The translations under genes and the position numbers were made by a program. A stretch of 63,837 bases of DNA, the filler included, from Octopus bimaculoides (taxonomy: Eukaryota), in assembly GCF_001194135.2 (NCBI RefSeq). It is 8 parts of 7 records of this genome, joined end to end, with 100 filler letters (N's around TTAATTAATTAA, not from the genome) between each part and the next. Parts side by side here need not be neighbours in the genome. Positions count along the whole stretch, not along the records: positions 21,400 to 33,436 come from NC_068982.1; positions 33,537 to 35,077 come from NW_026383278.1; positions 35,178 to 47,708 come from NC_069009.1; 5 more parts are not named here. One strand, written 5' to 3'. Positions 24,100 through 37,063 of the stretch are shown here, piece by piece. Every line of letters begins with the position of its first letter. The first letter of the stretch is position 1. The notes under the pieces were generated by a model. That model was not told the origin of the DNA. It ran no database searches and saw only the letters and a program-made list of their open reading frames with translations.

Positions 24100-25060
24100 C
24101 CACTGTGTCAAGTATGAGAATCTTCTGATTAAATTGGTCTACCTATGAACTCCATTCGTCTCTCATTTTTATGTTTCCCAATAGACTGTTCTATTGAAGT
24201 ATTTTTAGTGCGGTCTCTCCTACCCAGCTTTCATTAATGCTGCTATTTACTAAGTTTCAGATATATTTTTCTCCCATATTGGCTTCTTTTCACATTCAAC
24301 GTCTTACTTGAAATAACATTGTGCTGTGTAGATGATTCTAAATTTTACGTCTTTTTCTTCTGTACATGACTGTCATCTACATACTACTGAAACGACACAC
24401 AAGTCTTGCATTGGCCAATGAGCGTAGGCAGTGAAATTATTCTTCAATGAAAATAATACAACTTACTTTCTTCTAGCAGTACAAAGACAATTGCTACAAG
24501 CATCAAGGAAGTAGTATAATACCACATTCTTTCATCACATAAATAACATAATTGAAGTCCTCGAAGTCATTATAAATACTGGGTGTTTGGCATCAAATTA
24601 TCCAATGACAATACCACATAGAAATAACAGTTCTAAAATTGCAGCTCAAGTAATTAACTTCCTCTTCAGAGTCAGAAATATTATATCGCTGAAGACTCTT
24701 TGCAAAGCTAATGTGCGCTCTACATTGGAATATTGCTCACATAGCCTGGACAGCGCTATTATTATGCAAAAGCATCCAGAATAATATTCAAAACAAGACC
24801 ATTCGGCTAATTAGCAAACATCTACTCACCAACGTGCTATAACTATTGAATTACAGATGTGTTGTTTCTTCTCCCACATTCTACTATCATAATTCAACAA
24901 CTCTTCTTCCGAACAAGCTATCTACAAATTCACTCTGTACATCAGTCTCTTCTCCCTCATCGTTCTCACAGCATCCCCCTTTCCAGAATCTAAAAAAACC
25001 CCGCAAACAATGCTTCTACCCTAGAAGTATTTTCTCAATAGATATCCACCTACAGATGCA
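24100..25060 (+). mobile_element. Decayed CR1/L2-type RT 3' fragment
   Basis: C(Y)VDD-like site, KTLCKANVRSTLEYCSH resembles LYKxxVRPxLEYC. Confidence 0.5.
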
Positions 25061-25450
25061 AAAACCGAACATTACTTTCATCCGTTGGAGACAGCTTGAA
25101 TTCATGGACACTACCCTCCTCCTCCAAGTCATGAAAAAAAAAATGAAAAAGGCAACGCGGATAGGACTGAAAAGTTTGTATTTTGTCAAAATTACAGAGG
25201 TGTCCCGGGGAAAATTTCGTTGCTTTTGGCTTATTTATGTAACAAGATGAATAAAAATCAGGCAGAGTATAATTTACAGAAATGCTTTAAATAGATTTAT
25301 TGAATTGTTTTAATTATAATATTATTTTGCCATATTATCGTGTGTTATTTTGAGAAACATTCCATAATACGTAATTTGGAGTGTGAGTGAAACTATGCAC
25401 GAAAATATCACGTGTGACGAAATCCGTTCAAAGTACTAATAAGGCACGTT

Positions 25451-25501
<51 letters not shown>

Positions 25502-26038
25502 NNNNNNNNNNNNNNNNNNNNNNNNNNNNNNNNNNNNNNNNNNNNNNNNNNNNNNNNNNNNNNNNNNNNNNNNNNNNNNNNNNNNNNNNNNNNNNNNNNN
25601 NNNNNNNNNNNNNNNNNNNNNNNNNNNNNNNNNNNNNNNNNNNNNNNNNNNNNNNNNNNNNNNNNNNNNNNNNNNNNNNNNNNNNNNNNNNNNNNNNNNN
25701 NNNNNNNNNNNNNNNNNNNNNNNNNNNNNNNNNNNNNNNNNNNNNNNNNNNNNNNNNNNNNNNNNNNNNNNNNNNNNNNNNNNNNNNNNNNNNNNNNNNN
25801 NNNNNNNNNNNNNNNNNNNNNNNNNNNNNNNNNNNNNNNNNNNNNNNNNNNNNNNNNNNNNNNNNNNNNNNNNNNNNNNNNNNNNNNNNNNNNNNNNNNN
25901 NNNNNNNNNNNNNNNNNNNNNNNNNNNNNNNNNNNNNNNNNACACACGCACGCACACACACACACACATACATTCATACATACACGTATATGTATATATA
26001 TAAATATATATATATATATATGCATACCTATATATGTA

Positions 26039-26092
<54 letters not shown>

Positions 26093-26409
26093 CTTATCAT
26101 GAAAGAGAATGGCTTTAGGATATCTCCATTGCTCTCTTTCCTCCGTTAGATGCCTATCATCCACGGACAATTGCCTTCGACGCCTGCCACTGCTGTGCAA
26201 TATGTTCAGCAACGTTATTTCTTATCTTTAGTTCATCGAAATTATTTCTAAATCATTCACAGCCAGGATTTTGTTCAACGCTCTAATTTTTTGTTTTCTT
26301 CTTTTGTATATTTTTAGCTCTTGCGATCTGGGACGTTTAAGTAGTTTGTAATGCAAAGTTCAAGGAAGAATTACAATCTTGTTGCAGACCTGCAACTGTT
26401 GTTTCTAAA

Positions 26410-26723
26410 TTAATTCAGGAATGGTCGGCTGGTAGAAGTTACTTCGTCTGCAGCATTCTGAGGATTTGGTGGAACTATGCCATTTGAATGACTTCCAACG
26501 TATCCAAATCGTTTGCGAATAATTAGTATCTATGATTCAGTGATATATAACAGCATAGACAAAATGATGATCGATATATGTGGAATTCGGTATGCGATGA
26601 GATGTCCTACTTTTACATGGTTTGCTCGGAAGAAAGGGGTTGTGCCCGAGAATTTAATAGACTCTTCAATTCTGACAAGATCAGTGAAGTTTTTGTTACT
26701 GTTGATCATCTCTAAGTCTATGT
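26410..26723 (-). pseudogene. Candidate antisense exon of a membrane protein with an in-frame TAG
   Basis: Acceptor TTTTCCCCTGCATGATTTCTCGCAG; frame DIDLEMINSNKNFTDL...ISIIILSMLLYITES*ILIIRKRFGY...RPFLN*; no homolog recognised. Confidence 0.3.
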
Positions 26724-26796
26724 CTGCGAGAAATCATGCAGGGGAAAATGGAATACCAGAGTTCTGGTGAGATGTTCTGAGATCTCTCTATCTATC

Positions 26797-26875
<79 letters not shown>

Positions 26876-28109
26876 NNNNNNNNNNNNNNNNNNNNNNNNN
26901 NNNNNNNNNNNNNNNNNNNNNNNNNNNNNNNNNNNNNNNNNNNNNNNNNNNNNNNNNNNNNNNNNNNNNNNNNNNNNNNNNNNNNNNNNNNNNNNNNNNN
27001 NNNNNNNNNNNNNNNNNNNNNNNNNNNNNNNNNNNNNNNNNNNNNNNNNNNNNNNNNNNNNNNNNNNNNNNNNNNNNNNNNNNNNNNNNNNNNNNNNNNN
27101 NNNNNNNNNNNNNNNNNNNNNNNNNNNNNNNNNNNNNNNNNNNNNNNNNNNNNNNNNNNNNNNNNNNNNNNNNNNNNNNNNNNNNNNNNNNNNNNNNNNN
27201 NNNNNNNNNNNNNNNNNNNNNNNNNNNNNNNNNNNNNNNNNNNNNNNNNNNNNNNNNNNNNNNNNNNNNNNNNNNNNNNNNNNNNNNNNNNNNNNNNNNN
27301 NNNNNNNNNNNNNNNNNNNNNNNNNNNNNNNNNNNNNNNNNNNNNNNNNNNNNNNNNNNNNNNNNNNNNNNNNNNNNNNNNNNNNNNNNNNNNNNNNNNN
27401 NNNNNNNNNNNNNNNNNNNNNNNNNNNNNNNNNNNNNNNNNNNNNNNNNNNNNNNNNNNNNNNNNNNNNNNNNNNNNNNNNTACTTCGTTTATATGTTTG
27501 TATGTATGTATTTATGTAAGTGTCTGTATTTATACATAGTCCTGGGCTTACGAGTTCATAGTCAAACCCCACAAAATAATCAAGTACAAAGTCTGAGTGC
27601 AAATATTTGTTGACATTCTCGAGGTTTTTGTATAGAATGCGTGTATATATCTGTGTCTATCTCTATGTGTCTGCGTGTGTGCGTGCGTGAGTGTGTGCGT
27701 GTGTGTGCGTGTGTGTGTGTGTGTGTGTGTATGTGTGTGCGTGTGCGCGCGAGCGTGTGTGTGTATGTGAGTGTTTGTGTGTGTGTGTGTGTGTGTACAG
27801 TAATCTATTAGGTTACGGAAACTGGTTACAGAATTCCGTACTCGAGGAAATGTAAAGTATGACCGCTATTTCAGGATACAGTCCGTAATTTCGCACAAAC
27901 GTAAACTTGGCTTGATTTGAAGAATTCAAGAAACTAAAATGTCGATCATTATCATCATCATCATCGTCGTTTAACGTCCGCTTTCCATGCTACCATAGGT
28001 TGATTTTTAGTCCCAGCTATCGTAATGATTCTTAGCATATGAATTACGGATTTGCTTTCTCTCCCAAAGTTCCTAAGTTCAGCCATACTTTCCATGTATT
28101 AATGTATAG

Positions 28110-28300
28110 ATGTATGCGTGTATGCATGTATGTCATTGTTCAGTTTTATTTCAAGATTTCTCAGCAATAGAGAAAGAGTCAGTTTCTAACCTAGATCCAA
28201 GGCTCCTTCATTGGAATTTCAACATCAACAACAGGGTTTTTGTATGTATGTATGTATGTATGTATGTATGTATGTATGTATGTATGTATGTATGTACATA
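28110..28300 (-). mobile_element. Non-autonomous repeat family shared with 51780-51900
   Basis: About 110 bp (TTCAAGATTTC...CTAACCTAGATCCAAGG...CAACAACAGGG) duplicated, next to (TATG)n. Confidence 0.75.
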
Positions 28301-28580
28301 AGTGATTTGATTTATAGTTCTCGAAAGACAACCAGAACAACCTTGATTGAAAAACTACTTGAACATAGAAATGTAAACATGCCCACTTGTATACTGTTAA
28401 GTGTTTTAATGCAACAGGATGTATTGAAACAACTGTACAACTGTAAAATACGACATACATATACACATGTGTATGTATGTATGTATGTATGTATGTATGT
28501 ACGTACATATGTCTGTATGTATGTATGTATGGGTGTATGTTTCTTTTCTGTTTTTGATTATTCAAATTCTTCCTTTGAAG

Positions 28581-28647
28581 GAGTTGGTTACTAACAAAGA
28601 TACTGAGCTCTATCGTTGGAATGTAGATAATGAAAACAATGTCACAT
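28581..28647 (+). CDS. Weak candidate linker exon
   Basis: TTCTTCCTTTGAAG acceptor, open ELVTNKDTELYRWNVDNENNVT, donor GTATGT; phase 0 start and phase 1 end are compatible with exons 716-825 and 48361, but the donor lies in a TATG repeat. Confidence 0.25.
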
Positions 28648-28714
28648 GTATGTATGTGTACTTGCAGACTCGTATGTTTTGTTTTTTGCATATCTAGACA
28701 TGCTCATATATACT

Positions 28715-29070
28715 TAAATGATAAACTTCTGGAAAGTTTTACAGATTTTTACAGTTCCAGTGATTTGTTTTCTGCGAATCACCTTTCTCCTTTCTGGTCC
28801 TGAGAAGCTCAATTTCTCAAGATTGGTATTTAGGCAGTGTGTTATATACCCAAGTGTCCCAGTAATTACCAGTATAAACCTGAACTTGTAATCTGGATAG
28901 AGTAACTGCAGATTTCTCAATAGTTCAGCATAGATATTCTTTTTTTCACTGATCTTCAGCTTTATGCTAACATCTGCTGGGAAGCTGATTTCCATAACTG
29001 TACACTGTTTCTTTTCCATATCCCAAATCATTATATCAAGTTTGTTGTGCTTACATTCCTTTTTATTCCA
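28715..29070 (-). mobile_element. REL-endonuclease non-LTR (R4-like) 3' fragment
   Basis: DIMIWDMEKKQCTVMEISFPAD...KKNIYAELLRNLQLLYP...VITGTLG. Confidence 0.8.
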
Positions 29071-29451
29071 CCATACTGTGGAACGGGGACGTAAACACGG
29101 CAACCTCGGTTGTGAAGCGATGGTGGGGGTTACAAATACAGACACACAACTACATACACACACACACACACATATATATATGTATATACGACGGGCTTCA
29201 TTCAGTTTACGTCCACTAAATCCACTCACAAGGCTCTGGTTGGTCCAAGACTATAGTAGAAGACACTTGCCCAAGGTGCCATGCAGTGGGACTGAACCTG
29301 GAACTATGTGGTTAGGAAGCAAGCTTCTTACCACACTACCACTCCTGTGCATATAGCCACTCCTGCGCTTATGTTTATATATATATATATATATATATAT
29401 AGCAATGTTAATTCTCTAAATGAAGTATTAACAGTAACTGCACGATAAAGT

Positions 29452-29740
29452 GTAGTATATTGCCACTTAAGTGTGGCTGACCCCTAGGGGTGGATGTTAC
29501 TGTTGCTTTTAGCCCCAGGAGGACATCTCCTCCAGCTGGCTTATCGACACACGACTGTGTCCTGTTTGCCAAGGGAAGTTATCCCTCTCACCTCGATCTG
29601 CAGCACGAACGTNNNNNNNNNNGCAAACAGGACACAGTCGTGTGTCGATGAGCCAGCTGGAGGAGATGTCCTCCTGGGGCTAAAAGCAACAGTAACATCC
29701 ACCCCTAGGGGTCAGCCACACTTAAGTGGCAATATACTAC
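29452..29740. repeat. Near-perfect 118-bp inverted repeat spanning a 10-N gap
   Basis: 29452-29569 is the reverse complement of 29623-29740 with one mismatch seen. Confidence 0.9.
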
Positions 29741-29744
29741 CCTT

Positions 29745-29776
<32 letters not shown>

Positions 29777-29798
29777 CATATATACATGCATATTTATG

Positions 29799-29830
<32 letters not shown>

Positions 29831-29859
29831 TGTATGTATGTATGTATGTATGTATTTTT

Positions 29860-30240
29860 GTTAAGGATCTTGAGGTTGTCGATTCGTTCATCTGCCTTGG
29901 AAGTTGTGTACAAAATGGAAGTCTTGATACAGGAAATACATCTGCGAATTTAAAGGGCAGCAAAAGCATTTGGTGGATTGGAGTCACGCGTTTGGTGCCA
30001 GTGACATATAAATAAGAAGACAAAGCTGGCTCTTTACAAATCATTTGTCTTACCATCCCTGTTGTATTCTTGTGAAACATGGACTTGTTATGAAAGGCAT
30101 TTTAAATTGTTAGAACAATTCCACCAAAAATGCCTTCATCGCATTTTAAACATTAAATGGATTTCTTTTACTCCAAATTCAGATGTCCGTGCATCTGCAT
30201 GCATCACCTCAATGAAAGCTACGATTCTGAAATCCCTTCA
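29860..30240 (+). mobile_element. RTE LINE C-terminal fragment
   Basis: FICLGS..., YSCETWTCYERHFKLLEQFHQKCLHRILNIKW. Confidence 0.8.
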
Positions 30241-30974
30241 CATTCCCTAAACCAGTTCCTGTCATGGAGTGGGCATGGGTGGGGGTTGACTTTGCCTTTA
30301 TAAATATTCTCTCGTTCTCTCTTCTATGAGATGGAGGTGGGGTAGCTGGGATTTCGGGGTGAGCAGTGGTAGTGTCGCTAAATCGAGTACCAGTAATTTA
30401 TTTGGGTGGAAAATTTATTCAGTCAACTACCTGCATCCCCGATTCTTGCTTTCCTTCCTTGCCCATCCACTTCTCCCTTCTCTCCCTTACCTGTTTGAGA
30501 CCTTGTGCCAAAGTTAGAATATTATTATTAAAGGTGGCAAGCTGGAAGAATCATTACTAATTCAGACGAAATGCTTAGCAGCACTTCTTCCAGGTTTTAT
30601 GTTCTTAATTCGAATTTCCACCGAGGTCAACTTTGCCTTTCATCCTTTCAGGGTCGATAAAGTAAAGTAGGAGTCAGATACTGGGGTCAGTTGAATATCC
30701 AAAAATTTCAGGCCTTGTGCCTATAGTAGAAAGGATTTGGGATTCTGCACTCTCACCACAGCGGCTTATCTGCAGCTCTTGGTGGTCCAAATCGGATGTG
30801 TAATCTATGTGGATGTCTTTTCAGAACATTGTCTGGTTTAAAAAGTCACATGAGATGCCATGATGGTGCTAAGGTGTAGGTACAGAAGGTCATACTCTGC
30901 ATATGGAGTAGACAACCACCATGTATGTATGTATGTATGTATGTATGTATGTATGTATGTATGTATGTATGTAT

Positions 30975-31006
<32 letters not shown>

Positions 31007-31148
31007 ACACACATATATATATACATAGATACATATGCACACCCATGCATACATACTTATAAATACATATACATGCACAGATATATAAGAAAAACGATTC
31101 ACACATACACATGCCTATATATAGTCATACTCACACAAATCTATATAT

Positions 31149-31185
<37 letters not shown>

Positions 31186-32882
31186 TACATACATACACAC
31201 GAGTATGCACACATACATGTATAATAGACGTGTGTGTAATTCATAAAATTTAGTACACTCCTATAATGACCTCTTAATCGTAAAGTGAAGAGCCTTCTTA
31301 ACAAAATACAAAATGCTGCTCCCGTTTCCTGTTGAAGAAATAGCAATCATTCACAAGTGAATACAGTCAGAGAACTGATGGGTCATTATCTTTCACTTGT
31401 TAAGCACAAAGGCCTAAGTATAGTCATATCAAAAACTGTTAGTTGCTTGTGGGAGTGTAGGTGTAAATATCACCATGTATGTGTCTGTACGGCGTATGTA
31501 TGTGTGCGTGCGTATGTATGTATATATGTATTAGTGTGTGTGTGTGTGTGTATACATGTTTATATATGAATGCATCACATACACACATATATGTATAGAT
31601 ACACATATGCAAATGCCTATTAATGTATGTGTATGTATATATATATATATGTATGTATGTATATCGTCCTGTACCCAGATATGCATTTATATATACATGT
31701 AGATGTAGGTACGTACATACATGTACGTATATATGCATATACTCACATATTATTTGTATTTTATATATACATATATATATATATATATATANNNNNNNNN
31801 NNNNNNNNNNNNNNNNNNNNNNNNNNNNNNNNNNNNNNNNNNNNNNNNNNNNNNNNNNNNNNNNNNNNNNNNNNNNNNNNNNNNNNNNNNNNNNNNNNNN
31901 NNNNNNNNNNNNNNNNNNNNNNNNNNNNNNNNNNNNNNNNNNNNNNNNNNNNNNNNNNNNNNNNNNNNNNNNNNNNNNNNNNNNNNNNNNNNNNNNNNNN
32001 NNNNNNNNNNNNNNNNNNNNNNNNNNNNNNNNNNNNNNNNNNNNNNNNNNNNNNNNNNNNNNNNNNNNNNNNNNNNNNNNNNNNNNNNNNNNNNNNNNNN
32101 NNNNNNNNNNNNNNNNNNNNNNNNNNNNNNNNNNNNNNNNNNNNNNNNNNNNNNNNNNNNNNNNNNNNNNNNNNNNNNNNNNNNNNNNNNNNNNNNNNNN
32201 NNNNNNNNNNNNNNNNNNNNNNNNNNNNNNNNNNNNNNNNNNNNNNNNNNNNNNNNNNNNNNNNNNNNNNNNNTATATATATATATAGTCATACATATAT
32301 ATATATATATATATATACATATGCCATACACATACTTACACTTTCACACATACGCATGCATGCACATGCGCACATGCCGTTGTTTATAAACACGTCGGCA
32401 TGTAGGTGCATTCAAATGAACCTGTGAATGCGAGTGCGAGCGTGCACGAGTGTTTCAGTGTGTGTATAAGTGGGTGTGTACATGTGTGTGTGTGTGTGTT
32501 TCTGTGAGCGCGCGCGCGTGTTTGCTCAAATTCAAATGTTTTCCTTACATGGAACATATAATGAATGGTAGCTTTATTTTGACTGTTGAACCTATTGATT
32601 CATTAATTGTCAGTTCTATCCCACTCCCTTCCTGAAATGGCGGCTCACAAACCATGCAAAACACAGTTCATCAAATACGTCTCTGTTTATGAACCTATTT
32701 ATAGTAATCTTGTATATTATGTTAGGGACGGCGAGTTATTGTAGGAATATATTTGTACTGCTGGCTCTCTTTGTTTAATCATATTATATATATATATGTA
32801 CTGAGCACGTGAACGCGCGCGCGTCTGTGCGTGCGTGTGTGCGTGTGTGTGAGTATGTGTGTGTGTGTAAGTGTGTGTGTGT

Positions 32883-32918
<36 letters not shown>

Positions 32919-33180
32919 AAGATGGAGGGATGGTCGTATAAATGGGTCAATTTATGCGAGATAAACATGGATTATATATTATAGTATTGAAGCTTTTTGA
33001 CCGCGGTTTCGATCGTCCAGTCCTTTGATTAACCAAATAAATATCAACGAGGAGTGAATTCGTCCCTAACGAAATCACAGCCGAGGAACACATACGTATG
33101 CACGCACACACACAAACACACACACACACAACACGCAGAGGCACGCACCTACACACACGAACATGCACAAACACACACAC

Positions 33181-33232
<52 letters not shown>

Positions 33233-33537
33233 GCTTCAAATTTTGCCACAGGGGCAGCCATTTTGGGAAAGAAGGGGATTAAGTCGATTACAGCCACTAC
33301 AGTATTTGACTGGTACTCATTTTGTCGAACCCGAAGGGATGGAAAGCAAAGTCGACCTCGGCGGAATTTGAACAAAGAATGTAGCAGTAGACAAAATATC
33401 GTTAAGCATTTCATCCGGCGTGCTAACGACTCTGCCNNNNNNNNNNNNNNNNNNNNNNNNNNNNNNNNNNNNNNNNNNNNTTAATTAATTAANNNNNNNN
33501 NNNNNNNNNNNNNNNNNNNNNNNNNNNNNNNNNNNNA

Positions 33538-33583
<46 letters not shown>

Positions 33584-33984
33584 AAACGTTTATAGTTCCA
33601 GTTCCAATATAGGTGGGATCGACAATAAGTACTCCATCCAGTAAGAGGTAAATATCATTTAATATAGCCAGTTACAAAACAACTACTAATAGTTTCATAT
33701 AACAAGTCATGTATCTCCAAGCAATCTGTAGGGTTCTGTTCATACGTTAGATGTATTTAAAAACGAGAAGGATGAGCTTTGAGAAAACACAAAGAAATAA
33801 AAACGAGAAGAAAAAACGCGAAGAAGACTGATGCAAAAATTGGAACGATAAGAAGGGAAAGAAAAGTAAAAATAAAAGATCTTCATCCTTTTTGGCTGTA
33901 GAAACCATAATTAATGTAGCTGGTGTAAAAAGAAAAATAGGAGAAATGAGTCCAAAGTTTGTAAGATAGCTACTCACTCTGGAG

Positions 33985-34520
33985 AGAGTTGTGTCCTCCA
34001 GTTCGACAAAAGAAACTTGTTCATATGCTTGCATTTGTTAAAAATTTCGGATCTGGAATTAAAGTAGTGTGGTGGAATTCTTGGAGCTTAGAAAAATGCG
34101 TGATCTTTCAGCTACGCATAACTTACATCTCTTTGATCCATTTAAATATAGTATATATTTCTCCATCATTTTCCTCTTGATTGTATGTGGTGTGCATTTA
34201 GTCTTCATATTAAACGCACACCGCATACCACACTTTTTTAGCAATGTGTCAGAAAGAAGGTTGGTAGTTTGCATAACGGCTTCTAACATTGCCTTAGCAT
34301 AAACCAATATCATTTTTCTTCTCAATTACATTGTCTTGGAGCACTGCTGTAACTATGGCTTCATAAACAACAGCGTATATTTGTATATATGTACATGCTA
34401 AAAACATTCCCTCAAGAGTGAACTTCACAATTTGAAAAGCTGAAAAACAGCGCAAACCGTTCAGTAAAGTAATATTTTGACTTTTTCTTTTATTTATATT
34501 TTCATTTTGTTTATTCATTT
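33985..34520 (-). mobile_element. PLE GIY-YIG 3' fragment
   Basis: VVYEAIVT...IGL, GSKRCKLCVAERSRIF, NSRSEIFNKCKHMNKFLL. Confidence 0.8.
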
Positions 34521-35179
34521 ATCTTATTTTTTAGATTTATTTTCCAAAATTTATTTTTGAAAAAATTTCTTCGGTAAAATTAGACTTGGTACAATATGAT
34601 TCATGATTTTTTTTTTTCATATGTATATATAAAACGTGTATTTTGTGAAAAACTTCTACAGAACAGTTTTTTTCTTCCAGTAAAACATTTTTATATGAAA
34701 ACAAGTCTTGTACATACATACATACATACATACATACATTCATACATACATACACACACACATATATATATGTGTGTATGTATGTATGTACGTATGTATG
34801 TATGTATGTATGTATGTATGTATGTATGTATGTATGTATGCATGCATGCATGCATGTATGGANNNNNNNNNNNNNNNNNNNNNNNNNNNNNNNNNNNNNN
34901 NNNNNNNNNNNNNNNNNNNNNNNNAACAAATCGCATATATAAAGATATAAAGTTGGTACACGCACGCACACACACGTACACGCACACACAAACACATGCA
35001 CACACAAACATAAACACACACACATAGATATATAAGTATGTATATATGTTTGTATATATATACATATATGTATGTATNNNNNNNNNNNNNNNNNNNNNNN
35101 NNNNNNNNNNNNNNNNNNNNNTTAATTAATTAANNNNNNNNNNNNNNNNNNNNNNNNNNNNNNNNNNNNNNNNNNNNTA

Positions 35180-35455
35180 TATTGTGCAGCTCTATCATGC
35201 CTGTTGAGATACTCTGTAGGCGCAAGCAGACTGCACATGGAGACAACATGATCGATGGTTTCATTTTGTTGTTGGCATATACGACATAATGGGGAGCTGC
35301 CGTTCTTTAATATGTTGGCCTGGTAGTTCTTTGTAGGTAGGCATTGATCTTGGGCTGCTATGATAAACCCCTCTGTTTCTGATTTCAAGCCAGAGGCCAT
35401 TAGCCATTAATGGGTAAGGGCTTTGTCAATATCTGCATTATTCGCTCTCTTTGGG
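35180..35455 (-). mobile_element. R4/Dong-like fragment next to (TAA)n
   Basis: SETEGFIIAAQDQCLPTKNY...CRICQQQNETIDHVVSMCSLLAPTEYLNRHD (CCHC knuckle). Confidence 0.9.
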
Positions 35456-35475
35456 TTTATTATTATTATTATTAA

Positions 35476-35535
<60 letters not shown>

Positions 35536-35859
35536 AACGATTGAGGTAACTCCTCCTGAAGATACAGAGTCAAAATTAAAAGATAGTAGGAGTTACCTCA
35601 ATCCTTTATATATTAACCAAAATGAAATAGATTGACAAATTTATATTTTTGAACCAGGTGAAGACACACAAGATGTCGAAATATCGTTCACTAGATAACA
35701 ATGCCATCAAAGTGACACTGGGGTAAAATATACGAAGCCCAATAGACGCATCATGACTTCCCATCTGATAGGGGTACACCGAGCACATGCATCAGAACCA
35801 CATGTGCACGACATGGTGAAACGGATACCAAGATAAATGGAGTAAAACGCATACTTTTA

Positions 35860-35945
35860 TTTCCAACATGTTTCGAAGATTACAAATTATACCTTCTATA
35901 GGAATAGGTGATGTTGATAAGAATGTAATCTTCTCTTCAGGGAAA
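35860..35945 (-). ncRNA. Intact minimal type-I hammerhead ribozyme
   Basis: Helix I UUUCC/GGAAA; CUGAAGA; perfect 10-bp helix II GAAGAUUACA/UGUAAUCUUC; GAAA; palindromic helix III ACAUGU; GUU site. Confidence 0.85.
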
Positions 35946-36569
35946 TGCATGGGAACCAGCTTAAACGTAAGACATTTTAACCGAATATGAGAACTGTAGT
36001 TGGAGAAGGTTGTTACGTAATTTATTTGAAAAAGCCGTTGGAGAGTGGGACGCTACTAGACAGTACCTTGAACAAGAAGGGATGAAAAGAAGGAAAGATG
36101 GGATTCTTTAAGTTTCTGTCGACCAAATTCACTCACAAGGCTTTGGTTGTCCAGAAGATATAGTAGAANNNNNNNNNNNNNNNNNNNNNNNNNNNNNNNN
36201 NNNNNNNNNNNNNNNNNNNNNNNNNNNNNNNNNNNNNNNNNNNNNNNNNNNNNNNNNNNNNNNNNNNNNNNNNNNNNNNNNNNNNNNNNNNNNNNNNNNN
36301 NNNNNNNNNNNNNNNNNNNNNNNNNNNNNNNNNNNNNNNNNNNNNNNNNNNNNNNNNNNNNNNNNNNNNNNNNNNNNNNNNNNNNNNNNNNNNNNNNNNN
36401 NNNNNNNNNNNNNNNNNNNNNNNNNNNNNNNNNNNNNNNNNNNNNNNNNNNNNNNNNNNNNNNNNNNNNNNNNNNNNNNNNNNNNNNNNNNNNNNNNNNN
36501 NNNNNNNNNNNNNNNNNNNNNNNNNNNNNNNNNNNNNNNNNNNNNNNNNNNNNNNNNNNNNNNNNNNNN

Positions 36570-36624
<55 letters not shown>

Positions 36625-37063
36625 TACCGTTAAAATATATAATTCAGTCATTTCATGGAATAGCTAGGTATTTATTGAATTACCTGGTTGAATCACTTAA
36701 AGTGTATAAAATAATTACATTCTACAATTTAACTAGTCATTTTATTGAATAACGATTGCCCTATCGTTAAAATTTTAAAGACGGTATGGAAGTAACTAAA
36801 CGTACTATAATTTATTGTACGCCAGTATTACAACAGCAAAAATCATGGCCGGTCTAAGGAACATAACTAAACGTTCTATAACTGAACAAAATTCGATCTT
36901 ATTGCTGTCCCATGAACTAAAGAAAATGAACTTTATAGTACTTTTAACGCAGATTTCAAATCTGCTCTACAATTTTTCAATCAGGTATGGATTTTTTATG
37001 TGACAGAGTAATTAGATTATACATAAATATACTTTGTTAATGCAGAAATAAGGCTGACAATTA

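Noticed and set aside
33585-33650. Possible HHR downstream of the PLE at 33985
   Set aside because: Core and GAAA both deviate and helix I does not pair.
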